Assembly: GCA_951406725.2 (NCBI GenBank)
Contig: OX597831.1
Coordinates: 52,390,001 to 52,454,000, forward strand
DNA length: 64,000 bases
Direction of reading: 5' to 3'
From: Octopus vulgaris
Lineage: Eukaryota
Positions within the stretch are counted from its first letter, which is position 1; each line of letters starts with the position of its first letter. Under the pieces are notes generated by a model. The model had not been told where the DNA came from. It saw nothing but the letters and a program-made list of their open reading frames with translations, and searched no databases. Position numbers and translations under genes: made by a program. This document shows, in pieces, positions 25,300-39,922 of the stretch.

Positions 25300-28200
25300 T
25301 CCAATAACAGCGCTATCAGACAGTCTCTACATCCACCAGACGTATTTTACTTCTACCAGACATACTCTGTATCTACTAGACATATTTATATTTAGTACAC
25401 ATACTCTATATCTACCAGACTTATTGCACACATATAGTACACTTATTCTATTTCTTGTACACATATTCGACATCTATAAGACGTATTTTACATACACTAT
25501 ATCTACGGGACGTAGTTTACATATACTACACCTACCATACGTATTTTACATCTACCAAACACGCTTTACACCCTCTACACATATTCTACATGTACCAGAC
25601 ATACTGTAAGTCTGTCTGACATACCCTGTATTTACCAAAAATATTCTACATTTACAAGACATAGTTAAATCTACAAGGCATACTGTACGTCAAACAGACA
25701 TACTCTGTATCTCCCGGCATACTTCACATCTTGTAGATATATGCTGCGTCTGCTAGACATACTTTATTTACCAGACATACTTTACATGTACCAGATATAC
25801 TGTACATATAACGGACCTGATCTACATCGGCCAGGCGTTATAGATCAGGTCTACTGAATCTGCGTCTACTAAACATAGTCTACGTCTACCAGCCATATTC
25901 CACATTTACGATATTTATTTATACATTTTTCTATGCTTACTCTACATCTACAAGGCAAATTATGCATCTACCAGATATAGTCTACAACTACAAGGTATAC
26001 TGTACATCTATGGGAGATATTCCTTATCTACCATCATCTACTATATATATATTCTTCATTTACTACATTTATTGTATATTTTCTCATACATACTTTGCAT
26101 CTACAAGACACACTGTATTTTGAAGACATGCACTACATCTGCCAGATATGCTCTGCATTTACAAAACACCAAACACACAGCGTCTACCAAACACACAGCA
26201 TCTTTAATAGATACTCTCAACTACAAAGAGTCCTAATTTACATCTACCACAGACACCCTACATCTACTAGACATATTCTACACCTAACAATCGCACACCA
26301 AGCCTACAAGACATTCTTACCTCAAAAAGTAATGATCTACATCTACAAGACACACTCTACATCAACCACACCTACACTGTATCAACTAGACATATTCTTA
26401 CAACTAAAACTCATGGTTCAAATCTACCAGGCGTTCCCTTCGTGTAACTGAAACAATTTACATCTGCCTGTCACACTGTACGTAGACCAAGTGTATTCTA
26501 CAACTATCAGCCTATCAGACACTCTCTGTAACTAACTGTTACACTCCACGACATTATACTTATCAGTAGCATTCTACGTTTATCGGACACACACTACAGC
26601 GACCAACCATAATCTACATCTGTTAGTTATGCTCCACGTCTACTAGACACACTCTACATCCAGCTTACATTTGCTATATCTAACAGTTACACTTTACATC
26701 TAACATTCACACTCTACATATACAAGGAGTACTCTACATCTATATCTTGCTCCCCGCCTCATCCAGATACTCATAATATTTATGTAAACCTGACAATTTC
26801 AGCCTCTAAGTCATACTCTGCACATTCCAGACACACTCCACTCCAAACAACAGTCATACAAACATATCAGACATACTCAACATTTATCAATCGCACTCCA
26901 AATCTATCAAGCACTCTTGACACATAATGGTTTCACTCCAGTGCGAAAGCCACGCCGACCAACTACTAGCGGATACTATCTGCATCCAACAAACACACTG
27001 TACATCTACCATACACTGTCTGCATCTAACGCTAATCAATTACTAGTCAAACTCTACATCTAACAGTCAAACTCTACATATACCAGTTGCACTCGATATC
27101 TACATAAAATAAGCTACAGCTATCAGTTACGCTCTATAACAACCATACATCTCCTAATATCTACGAGTCATGCTTCACACCTACCGAAGACTCCCAATAG
27201 GTAACATTCTACCAGATATACTTGATCAGTCATATTTCAAATTCACCGTGCTCTCCGTACATTTATGAGTCATATTCTATGTCTACGAGACACTCTTTAC
27301 ATCTACCAATGGCATTCTACATATACAAGGTATATTTTACATCTGCAAACTATATTACACATCTACCATACACTCTCTGTATTTGTTGGACAGATATTAT
27401 ATGTATGAGATATATTCTCTACATCCAGAAGTTCTAAAAGGTCCTACATCTACCAGCCGCTATCTGCATCACACTCTATATCAACCAGACACTATTTGTA
27501 TCGAACATATATTCTACGTCCATCAGACACTATCTGCGTTTAACAAAGATACTCTACATCTACCGATCACACCCCGCGTCAAACAAATACTCTCTACACT
27601 GAATTGTGGAGGCGCAATGGCCCAGTGGTTAAGGCATCGGACTCGCGGTCGTAGGATCGCGGTTTCGATTTCCAGACCGGGCGTTGTGAGTGTTTATTGA
27701 GCGAAAACACTTAAAGCTCCACGAAGCTCCGGCAGGGGTGGTGGCGAACCCTACTGTACTCTTTCAACACGACTTTCTCTCACTCTTTTATTCCTGTTTC
27801 TGTTGTACCTGTATTTCAAAGGGCTAGCCTTGTCGCACCCTGTGTCACGCTGAATTTTCACCGAGAACAACGTTAAGAGCACAGGTGTCTGTGGAGTGCT
27901 CAGCCACTTGCACGTTAATTTCACGAGCAGGCCGTTCCGTTGATTGGATCAACTAGAATCTCGTCGTCGTAACCGACGGAGTGCCGTAGTACACCGAATG
28001 GTCACGCACACTATATGTGCTAGATACTCTCGACATCATACAATCAAATTCTACATCTACCAAGAGTAGTGGGCATGTAAAAAATATACTCTACAGCTAT
28101 CAGAGTCACTCTCTATGTCGTCCAAACTCTCCCAACATCTGCCAGAACTCCCTACATTCAGTAGTCATAATGTACATTTTACAAAAGCATCCTATATCTA

Positions 28201-28390
28201 CAAGGTATATTTAAATTAGTCTCACTTCACGTTCACGTAATTCCCTATATATCACAATCATCATACTGCGCATACACTAGACACACGTCACTTGCCACTC
28301 GCCACTCGTCACTCTCTACTTCTAACAGTCACACTCTACGTCTACCAGTGACATTCTACATTCATAAGGCATATACTACATCTACCAATC
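25300..28390 (+). repeat. Decayed ~20-bp minisatellite domain (consensus near ACATCTACCAGACACACTCT)
   Basis: Dozens of diverged TACATCTACCAGAC-like units, G-poor on the + strand; continues at ~29500-29610 and ~30950-31940. Confidence 0.75.
27608..27988 (+). mobile_element. SINE family C copy (different 3' tail)
   Basis: Same head and body as the 1251 copy; tail ends GTCGTCGTAACCGACGGAG, shared with the element at 46100-46400. Confidence 0.85.
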
Positions 28391-28734
28391 ACACGAAATA
28401 TGTATGTGCGTTGTGAAGTTGCGGCTCCGTGATTAGAGCGTCGGGTTTACAATTGTGAGGCGTGTGAGTTCGATTCCGGGACCAGGCTGTGTGTTGTGTT
28501 CTTGCGTAAGACACTTTATTTTCACGTTGCTGCAATTCACTCAGCTGTAGAAATGAGTTGTTATGTCACTGGAGTCAAACTGTATCGGCACCATCTGTGG
28601 TGTTGAGAGGAGAGATCGGTATGCATGAACGACCGGTATGCTGTGTCTTCCACAAACAACCTTGACCAGACTTGTGCCTCAGAAGGGAACTTTCTAGGTA
28701 CAATCCTATGGTTATTCGGGACCAAAAGGGGTCT

Positions 28735-28781
<47 letters not shown>

Positions 28782-28798
28782 CATACATACATACTTGC

Positions 28799-28922
<124 letters not shown>

Positions 28923-29002
28923 CTTATTGCCTCTCTTCGCTCCCCTTCCTATGCATGTATTATTCTTCCAAGGTTCTTCTTAGTTATAACCAGAATGAAA
29001 TT

Positions 29003-29101
29003 ACTCTGACGAGAGTAGCATTATTTCTCTAGATCGTTCTATATTTCTCAACTGACCAATCATTAACGAACCTATAACGGCTACTGGAAACAGTTGTAAG
29101 T
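29003..29101 (+). ncRNA. Hammerhead-like motif with long stem II insertion
   Basis: ACT-CTGACGA-G-AGTAGC...(~60 nt)...GCTACT-G-GAAA-CAGTTG-TA-AGT. Intact core and 6-bp stem II, but only a 3-bp stem I; lies ~85 bp downstream of a (TA)n run. Confidence 0.55.
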
Positions 29102-29356
29102 CAAACTTACTAAAATAAATGAATATGTAATGACTATTATTTATGTCTTGTCTTATACATCACAGTGTAAAAAAAAAAAATTAGTATAACTGGGAACACA
29201 ACCATGCATTTACAATATATGATGGTGATGAACTACAACCTCGAACCCTACGACCAGAATACGCGGAGTTCTTTACTAATATAAACAATATTGTTAGACT
29301 GGTGTACTAACAGAGAACTTATAAAACATTCTGTCTGGATTGATAATCCCACGTTT

Positions 29357-29433
<77 letters not shown>

Positions 29434-29718
29434 TGTGTGTGTGTGTCTATATATACAACATGCATGCATACATACATATGCACACTTTGTATACATCAGT
29501 CGCACTCCACGTCTACCAGGCATTTCCTATATCTGTAACCTATTCTCTACAATTGTCAGTCAAACTCTACATCTAGCAAGTTTACTCTATAACTACCAGT
29601 TCGACACTGGTAAATTTAGAAAACCCCAAAATGGTTGTTCTAGCTGATAGAAAATGGAGCAAAATCTTACTCAAACCAAACCATGCCATATTAAAAGTGA
29701 AAAGGGCATATCAGAAAA

Positions 29719-30023
29719 GTATGTATGTATTCCTTCTCGAGCCATGCCTGGCTCATAAGGGCCGGTTTCCCGGTTTCCTTGGCGTATAGATTCCCCACCT
29801 GGACGGGACGCCAGTCTGTCGCATGTATTCTGCAAGATGAAAGAGTGAGAGAAAGTTGTGGCGAAAGAGTCAGCAGAAGTTCGTCATTACCTTCTGCCGG
29901 AGCCGTGTGGAGCTTAGGTGTTTCGCTCATAAACACACACACACACATCACCCGGTTTGAGATTCGAACCCGCGATCCCTCGACCGCAAGTCCGATGCTC
30001 TAACCACTAGGCCATGTGCCTCC
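29719..30023 (-). mobile_element. SINE family C copy with 9-bp TSD
   Basis: Reverse copy; TSD ATCAGAAAA at 29710-29718 and 30024-30032. Confidence 0.85.
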
Positions 30024-30113
30024 ATCAGAAAACTAGTTTCGGATACATTTAAAAACAATGTTTTTGTGTCTGGTTTGCAAGATTCTATATGTGAATTCAT
30101 GTATTGAAGCAAA

Positions 30114-30442
30114 TTTTGTTGTATCTGGCGAGAGTGATACTGCCTTAATGCCTTAATATGTAACACACTCACCGATTCAATTTCCACTCATTTATTATTT
30201 ATGTTTTTTTTCCCGAAATTCTCGTTGCTTTTTCAACCTCGTCAGTGGATGTTGACTCACAACATCCATTGTGAATCAACATCCATCGGCAACATCCCTT
30301 GACAAACAACATACATTGACAAGGTTATAAAGGCAATGAAAATTTTGGAAAAAAATATGTAAATATTAAATGAGCGGAAACCGGTGAGTGTGTTACACAT
30401 CAAGTCATTAAGGCAGTATTACTCTCCCCAGACACAATAAAA
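30114..30442. mobile_element. Foldback / long-TIR MITE (near-palindromic, ~330 bp)
   Basis: The left arm GTATCTGGCGAGAGTGATACTGCCTTAATG...GTAACACACTCACCG...CTCATTTA mirrors the right arm TAAATGAG...CGGTGAGTGTGTTAC...CATTAAGGCAGTATTACTCTCCCCAGACAC. The centre holds three CAACATCC repeats. Confidence 0.75.
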
Positions 30443-30705
30443 ACAATGTATTGTAGATTTAACGCCGTTGATCATAAGCCTGCTTAATCAACATTGCCCT
30501 AAGGCAAAGAAGAATATATTACACCACTGCATTTACCAGACACGTTGCGCCTACAAGCAATCCCTTACGTCTACCAGTTATACGGGTATGAAACATCTTG
30601 AACACAACCGTTTTGGCATCGCCTCTTTGACGTCGCTGATTCGACGCTGACTTATTTGACATAAGACTTTTTAATGTTTCTCTCATTCTGTGTTTCTCTT
30701 CATTA

Positions 30706-30736
<31 letters not shown>

Positions 30737-31044
30737 GTCTCTCTTTCACTATTTTCTCCTCTCTTTCTCTCTCTTACACACACACACACACTATCTTTAT
30801 GAGTACATCTCTGTGCGTGCATGATTATTTGCGTTTTACTTCCTGTGCCTAATAGTGTTGTCGCCAAAACAAGCTTTATTCCCAGTACCAGATGTCTGGC
30901 GTCCGAACTGCCGTACCCATTCGTCTCATTTCATAGTAATATATTGAATACACCAAACACTCATTGCTTGCACCAGACTTAATCAACATTGGCCAGACAC
31001 ATATCACGTTTCCCAAACACACACCATATGCATATATATATATG

Positions 31045-31173
<129 letters not shown>

Positions 31174-34100
31174 AACACTCACTACATATAGAAATTATAC
31201 ACTACATACACCGAAAACGCCCTACATCTATCAAGCACGCATTACATATACCCGACACTTATTACATATACAAGATTCTTACTACATGCACCAGACACAC
31301 ATTGTATTGTCTAGATACAGCCTGTATCTACCAGGTAAAGATTTCATGTGTGAATCACAATATATATTTATTAGATTCATTCTATATCTACTAGATTCAC
31401 ATCACATTTAGGCATTCATTAGATATACCTGGCTATCGTTACGTATACAGATAGCTAATAACAAATATATATTTCATCTCCCAGGAACACAGTACATCCA
31501 TACGAAATATTATATCTACCAGACCACCTCTAAATCTACTAGGTGCACATCGCATCTATCATACGCAGAGACACATATCAAACACTATCCACATCTATTG
31601 GACACTCACTGTCTAAAAACTAGATGGTCTGATCAGCTACCAGGCGCACATTTTGTATACTAGAAACTTATCGCGTACACCAGACATTTGTCATTTGTTA
31701 GAAATGCATTTGATATATATCAGGTATGCATTACATCAACTAATCATATCCCGAACCTACAAGCCACATTCTAGATATTGTTATATACTTACAACAAGTA
31801 CCAGTCACGAACTACATTTTCCAGGTACACATAACATCTACCATTCTCAGTCAAAGTTAAGATCTACCAAGATCTCAGTCAAGATCTACCAAAATATTCT
31901 TCACCTACTAACGGCATTTTACATCAACCAAACAGTAAGGTAGATATTCTCGTTGCTTCGACGAATGAAGGTTCAGCGAGACACAGCTAAATTACTCTAC
32001 GACCGCCAGTGTGCAGTGCCAAACCTGAAGCGTTGCAACAAACTCTTTTGCTGTCGCCAGTGGACTTGTGGATAATGTGTGATGGTGTTGGTGTCTTGGT
32101 TTGTTGAACAACCTACACGGCGAATATTATTACAGTGAGCATAATTTGTGCAGAGCCAGTTCCACTCATTCGTCCTTCTAACTTGTGATGCTCTACTGCA
32201 ACAAATGCCACGAACCCAGTAGTTATTAGGATACAAGATTTGCATGGAGTTATCTTTGCTTAGATGAGAAGCTACAGAGCTGAAGGGTCCCATCTGTCCT
32301 GAGTCCGTTGGAATGTCTGTGAGTGACCTTCTTCTGGGGAGAGAAGGCCTTCTATACACACTACAATACAGTATAATATCTGTTATACACACACTACGAC
32401 TGTAGAATGCCTGCTATATACACCCCAAGAGAGCAGCATGCTTCGTATACACATTACAACTCAATAGAATACTTGATAAACACACTACAAGTGCTGTCAT
32501 AGACATACTACGTCAACAACACACTCTACCACATAGTGTGAGATCTATACATTCTACAATATCAATTATAAACACGCTTCATATAACATACGTAGACCAC
32601 AGTATGGTTCCAAATTATACACACGTTACATCAACCACATAGACATACCACAATAGTTATTACACACATTTAATTAAATGTTGTTTTACTCAAAACATAG
32701 GAGACATCATCACACTACAACATATACTATATCACACTCTAACGCATATTCTGCAATATCTTACATACTACTTGAGAGACACAATGTCAACCGCAACATA
32801 CAGCCGCCACTTCGCCCAACAGGAAAGTATATAATATATATCACTATCAGATCGGCAACCCGGCAGAATCGTTTGCACACAGGGCAAAATGCTTAGCAGT
32901 ATTTCGTCCGTCTTTACGTTCTGGGTTCAAATGCCGTCGGGATCGACTTTGCCTTTCATCCTTTCGGAGTGGATAAATTAAGTACCAGTTGAGCAATGGG
33001 GCGGCGGTCGATGTAATCGACATACGACCTCCCCCCCAAATTGCTGGCCTTATGCCAAAATTTTAAACCAATATTATCACTTTACACATTGCATTTTGCA
33101 ACCTTATATACAATGTATCTGAAAAAGAAAAAAACAAAAAATTGGATGGTCACGGCTGAAATACTTTTTGGTCGTAGATCTTAATCAAAGCTCATTTGAG
33201 GCAAAACAACACCATCAGACAGAATAAAACATACTATGTCTGATGTTGCATGCACCACTGCATTATTAATATAAATCACATCACAACATTCATCTCGCAT
33301 AACATATATCACAGCACAATATAATACAATCACAGAATGATATGAATCATAAGCCATAGCATAACATAGTGTGCAGTACACTATTATACACCACAGTATA
33401 TATCATTCTATAATACAGTTTACAAATTGCCAAATATAACACACACCGCAATATATACGATGGTATATACAGTACAAGAATACTACAACTGACTTGTACA
33501 ATTTACTATACAAGACACACTCGCAGAACGTAATACACCACACGTAGGCTCTGAATATTTTCCGAGCTTTTCTTTCTTCGTTGTGGTTTCACGAGAAAAG
33601 ATCAGTGAAGAAATGCCAGTGACATGGTTTTGATTAGGATGGATCTCGACTTGCTAGCAAGCGGTTCACACACTGTGATCTCGAAGACAACCCTGGGAAA
33701 CACCTGAAAAGCGAAATGCAGAATGAGGCGATAAAATTGCAACGGACTACCGTCAACCGTAATATTGTTCAAGCTGTTCCTTCTTAGCCAGGTCGTCTGG
33801 CATCGCACTCTTTCACCAGCTCAGCCGTTGAGATCATAGGTCATCATTCACTTGCACTGCCGGTAGACACTTCGGCTGTTCCTTTTCTTTATTCGAGGCA
33901 TACGACTCTACATCCGCCCAGATCAGTGGGAACTGGTTCTCCTTATAAAGATTTTTAGCTAGGCCAATGTTGCTGCTAAATCTTCCTTGAACCTGACTGA
34001 TCACCGAGGAGTGCGAGGACCAGTGTCTGAAGAGAGGTTATATACTACGCGCCACTTAATGAAAGGTTATATCTCTACACAGCCTTTGAGCCTATACAAA

Positions 34101-35420
34101 CTTTAGAAATATAGTACCATACCACACGACGTAAAACACCAAAGCACAATACTATTACTCACTGCACATCTAAATACATATCACAAAACAAACTACAAAC
34201 AGAATTTAACTCAAACCAACCACAAAACACAACCCTAATACGTGATATACCATCATACCCCAAGCAAAGCATGAACACACATTATGCTACACAGCAAAAA
34301 TTATTACTGTATAGTATATACAACACAACACGTACTTTATAGATGTCAATATACTTGCCTGTAAAAAAGACGGCGAGCTGACAGAATCCTTACCGCGCCG
34401 GGAAAAACGCTTAGCTGTATTTCTTCCGATTTCATGTTCTGACTTCAAATGCCGCCAGGGTAGTCTTCGCCTTTCATCCTTTGGGGTCGATAAAATAAGT
34501 ACCAGTTGAACACTGGGGGGTCGATGTAATAGAATTATCCTCTCCTCGGGAATCATTGGCCTTGTACTAAAAATTTTAAACCAATATACTTACCTGCAAA
34601 CATTCCAACAGATAATACATATCACAAACATGTACTGTGACAGCTGTTGTAGTATGTCTATCAGGTATTCTATTGTGTGTATAAGAGACATTCTGCTGTC
34701 GTAGAGTGTGTATAACAAGCATTCTACAATATTGCAGTGTGTATAGAAGGCCCTCTGACTTCGGAGGAAGTTCATTAAAAAACTGACTTAATGCTATTAT
34801 AGAGTGTTTGTGTGGTTCTTGCAATGCGCGCATAATTTGAAACCATACTATAATGTGTTATACGTATGTTATATGAAACGTATTAATAGTTGATACTGTA
34901 GAATGCAGAAATGTAATACTATGTAATACAGTGTGTTATTGCCATAGTATGTTTATGACGGCAGTTGTAGTACGATGGTACTACAGCATGCATCAGAAAA
35001 TACCCAGATTCCAAATCCCACGACACGGACTACGACAGTCCAAAAAATATAAAAGCGTATCACAACACACGCTATAACATAGTCTTCAACAATATACGCT
35101 ATAACACACACACTACTTCTCACACCGAAAGACGAAATATATATCCGCTGCAACAAACACACTCAGAACATAGCTCAAATTATTCCACCAACACTCCAAA
35201 ACACTCTAGCAAATACTACAAGAAACAACATACATCGAACAACAATTCACATCACAAGTCCCGTCACGCCTCGTCACAGCCGTTGCACATCAACAATCAT
35301 AGAACAATCAGCAATACACACTGAAACACATACTACAGAATATACTACAGCACGCAATACAACATACTACAACCATCACCACAAAACGTACAACAACACG
35401 CTCCACGACACACTCTACAT

Positions 35421-35714
35421 CAGTGGTTCTCAACCATTTTTTACTTATGGACCCCCTCTGATTCCTATTTTACTCAGATGGCTCCTCTTAGCCATTTGAT
35501 GTTTAAAATAACCTATTACATTTTAATAATTAAATATTATTAGGAATTGTATAAAAATAATTATTAAAATATTTTGTGTATTGTAGAAGTATAACCAGTT
35601 TATTGGAGATAAATTTTAGCAACAAAATCTTATACGGACGCCCAAGGGCAATATGGTCCCTTTAGTGCCATATTGACCTCTTAATGCTATATGGACCCTA
35701 GTTGAGAACCAATG
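35421..35714. mobile_element. hAT (Charlie-like) MITE, 294 bp
   Basis: TIRs CAGTGGTTCTCAAC / GTTGAGAACCAATG; degenerate 8-bp TSD CTCTACAT / ATCTGCAT; subterminal ATGGACCC-like repeats. Confidence 0.75.
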
Positions 35715-36269
35715 ATCTGCATGAAGTACAACACATACCCCAACGCACACAACACACATAGCTCACATCACAATACGCTACACGAGACACGATCCACAAA
35801 GAACCAAAGAGGAACGCCTTCAAGTGGATACTCAATTCGCAAGCAATAGCAACCAAATCTCTCTCAAATCGCATCCTACAGTCTTAAGCAAGGTAGGGTA
35901 GGACACACTGGATAATGTAATTTTGAAAATACGATTAGCTGGTCACGACTGAGATGCTTTTGGTCATAGGTCAACTTAATCAAGGCAGACATGATGAAGC
36001 TAAACAACATTACCAACAACTGGTCTCGGTTGGAACGCTGATCGTTGGACTTTTCGATCAGGTCTGACCTAGGACACACACACACACACACAAAAGCACA
36101 CACACACACACACACAAGCATACACACAAATGCACACATACAAATGCACTTACAAACATGCAGACACTCAGACACAGCTGTGTATATATGCATACCTCTC
36201 TCTCTACACACACACATATATATGTGTATGTGTGTGTATTTGTGTGCATGTATTTATGTGTATATATGT

Positions 36270-36345
<76 letters not shown>

Positions 36346-37572
36346 CATCGCTGCAACAAATTTATAGCTGAGTGTTCCCTCAACTGACACCGGATGTTAA
36401 ATCATAACATATCTTTGAAATGAATAATCGGAAGGAATGACTATGAGGGATCTGCGTATCAAAGATTTAGTTAACGAGTATTGCAGCAATTCAACATCCG
36501 GTTTAAATAAGGGGGAAGAACTCACGCACCACAGGATAGATCAATTATTGAACGAACGCAGAATCATCACTGGAGATCTGAAACTGAGTCAGCAACTGAT
36601 AAACCCACAAAGCTTAAACACATCACCTAAAGGTGTTTCGACAAAATCACTTAGTGAGGTAAAGTCTAAAACAGTCATGATCAACCTGCAGTCATGATCA
36701 ACAATGGCGCTCTTAACAAAAAATTACTTTGAAATTTTTAGTAGTGCAGCCCGCCTGACGATAAGTGATGACTCACGTGGCCCGCTTCTCGGAAAAGGTT
36801 GCCCATGTTTGATCTAAAGTTTCCCTTTTCTGAACATAGGGTAATGTGACACTACTTCTCGGGAGATAAACCTCCTGGAACATAAAAATAACATTTCGAT
36901 CACTAAAAATCTTATTTATATTATAGGCACATTTAGCCGGAGTGGCTAGTCGTCTATATCAACATCAGTGCTTGACTGGTTCTTATTTTATCGACTTCGA
37001 ATGGTTGAAGGGCTAAGTCAATCTCGGTGGTATTAGAACGTAAAGCTAGAAGAAATACCGCTAAGCATTTTACCTGAGGTGCTAACGTTTCCGATTCGCT
37101 CTATTTTGGCCTCTATTTATTCTATCGGTCTCTTATTTGCTGAACCGCTACGTTACGGCGACATAAGCAAATCAACGCCGGTTGTCAAGCGATGGTGGGG
37201 GACAAATACGGACGCATACACACGCACACACACACATACATGCATACAAATGAAGGAATGACTATACATACATACATACATACATACATACATACATACA
37301 CACATACATACCCGTCTGGAGCAAAGTATGGCTGAACTTGAGATCTTCGGGAGAGAATGCAAATCCTTAATTCGCTCTATTTCGGCCTCTCATAATACCA
37401 AACAATTCACACAAAGAATAAAGATTTAAAATATATTTGAAAATTAAAAGATGTATCTATCACCCCAATTACCGGCCCCTTTGACCCCAGGAAAATTTTC
37501 TGCAACACTCCACAGAAGGCAGTAATGCCCTCTTCGAAATTGCTGTCCTTGTGCCAAAATTTGTAGACATGT

Positions 37573-37981
37573 GTAGGAGTGGCTGTGTGGTAAGTAGCTT
37601 GCTTACGAACTACATGGTTCTGGTTTCAGTCCCACTGCGTGGCAACTTGGGCAAGTGTCTTCTACTATAGCCTCGGGCCGACCAAAGCTTTGTGATTGGA
37701 TTTGGTAGGCAGAAACTGAAAGAAGCCCGTCGTATATATGTACATATATATATATGTATGTGTGTGTGTATATGTTTGTGTGTCTGTGTTTGTCCCCCCA
37801 ACATCGCTTGACAACCGATGCTCGTGTGTTTACGTCACCGTAACTTAGCGTTTCGGCAAAAGTGACCGATAGAATAAGTACTAGGCTTACAAAGAATAAG
37901 TCCTGGTGTCGATTTGCTCGACTAAAAGGCGGTGCTCCAGCATGGCCACACTCAAATGACTGAAACAAGTAAAAGAGTAAA
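37573..37981 (+). mobile_element. SINE family A copy
   Basis: Colinear with 9793-10259. Confidence 0.9.
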
Positions 37982-39120
37982 ATCGATTTTCAACCCTTAT
38001 TGAAGTCTCAGCGTGATGTCTACATCACATGGCCGATCTCAGAGAAAGAAGTAGCCAATCCCTTTTGATGTTTGTATAAAACTAGAGCTACTAATTTGCA
38101 AACCATCAGTATTTAACACGTTATCTATATATAAACACGAGACAGACTTCCGTACGTTTCCCGTTGACCAAATTCACTCACAAAGTATTAATTGGACTGA
38201 GGCTATATCTCAAGCCACTTGGCCAAAGTGCTGCGCAGTGGAACTGAACTGGGAACTACGAGGTTGCAAAACGAATTTCTTACCCACGCAATCATGCTTG
38301 CACTTGATTCGTTTTCACTTATTTATTTATTTATTTATTTTATTTATTTAAGATCAGCGCAGTATTTTATCGATGTAATAAAGAGAATGTGTGCGTTGCT
38401 ATTTTTCCTTGTGCATTCATCAATATTGTGATTAACAGCCAATCAATGAATCAATCAGTGCAAGCTTTAGTTAATAATAGAAGCGCTGGCAACTTTATCG
38501 AAGCTGATTCTGCTAAACGGAATGATTTAGGCATTAAACAATTCAGAGCAAACTGGATGAGAGCAAAAGCACACCTTGGTTCCCGTATTACGGAAATATG
38601 CGAAGCTGACATCCGATATGGCCTTGTTTTTATCGTATTTTTATCTATTTATTTATTTTTTATTTATTTATTTACTTATCTATTTATTTATTTATGGTTA
38701 GGAGAAAACGTGGTGAGCTGGCAGAATTCGTTAGCATGCCGAAAAGGATGCTTAGCGACATTTCTTCAGGTTTTACATTGTGAGATCAAACGCCTTCGAG
38801 GTCAGCTTCGCCCTTCGTCCATGGGAGTCGAATGAATGGGGTACTAGTTGAGGACTGAGATTGATGTAATTGATCTAGCCCCAGCCTTAAAATTGTTGAC
38901 CTTGTGCCAAAATTTGAAGCTACTTTTCCTGCCAGGAAGAAAAGTAGGGCTTATGAACCCCGACAGACCTGCAGATACTTGTAGGGGTGGGGAGGAAGAT
39001 ATCCTAAAATCAGCGACTCAGCCCGAGTGATTACAACAGAAAGGACTCCGCTAAAGGCATCTAAGTTATCAAGTGGAGGTGTTAAACTGGGAGACGGATT
39101 AAATCAAATACCCAGGTAGT

Positions 39121-39271
39121 CAGTGGCGTAGTTGGGGTGTATGCCGCTGGGTTTTGCCGCCCACCGCCCCGGGGCCCCAAGCCAATATAGGAAATTTAAT
39201 AGTGCTACCTCCATAAAGGCGTCGTTCAAAGCGGACCGTCACCTCCACCATCTTCACTAACTATGCCATTC
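39121..39271. mobile_element. Probable old hAT (Tip100-like) MITE
   Basis: CAGTGGCGTAGTTGG ... CTAACTATGCCATTC imperfect TIRs, GC-rich GGGGCCCC interior, 5/8 TSD (CAGGTAGT / CAGGTTGA). Confidence 0.45.
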
Positions 39272-39529
39272 CAGGTTGATCATGGGGCAGGATTTGAACT
39301 CGCAACGCAAGGAGCGAGAACAAATGCCGCAGAACATCTAGCCCAACGATCATACATTTATACAAATTCATCGTCTTGGATTAGGTTTTCTTTTATTTTT
39401 TACCGATCCCAAAAGAACAAATGGCGTCTTTGATCTCAGTGGGGTTTGAGTGTCAGAACAAATTCTTTACGGCATTTTATCTGAGCCTCTAACGAGTCTG
39501 CCATTTCGCCGATATCCTTTTATCTCTTA

Positions 39530-39922
39530 CTAGCAGTATCGCCCGGCGTTGCTCGGGGTTTATTTCGACCCTTTAGAATTAGGATTTTTGAAAAGTAAAC
39601 ATTTTGCATTATGTAGCTTGTTATTCTCTTTAAGTGAACATTTTTCTGGTTGAAATACACCGAAAAATAGCGACACAGCAGTCAGAAAGTCGTAAAAAAT
39701 AGAGATTTTCATAGAAAAAAATCACCTTTTTGATGTAAATAATGTTTGGTTTTAACATGGTCCGATTTGAATTTTATTTGCTACGGAATGAAGAGCAAGC
39801 TTTCTTCTATCATACTCTCAATTTTGGTCAACTTGCGCCGCAGGGTCTCGGAGGAGATAGTGTTAGTTGAAGGCTACCAAACCTGCCATACACAGACAAC
39901 TTCAGCTTTATATTTAGAGAGA
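39530..39922 (-). mobile_element. Non-autonomous Helitron (393 bp)
   Basis: Minus strand reads A|TCTCTCTAAATATAAAGC ... CCCGAGCAACGCCGGG (hairpin) CGATACTG CTAG|T: 5' TC, subterminal hairpin, 3' CTAG, inserted between A and T. Confidence 0.8.

Noticed and set aside
31950-32345. 131-aa minus-strand ORF, and similar unique sequence at 33600-34040 and 36437-36697
   Set aside because: No recognisable domain or convincing splice context and no UNC-93 similarity; probably decayed TE fragments, unresolved without a search.
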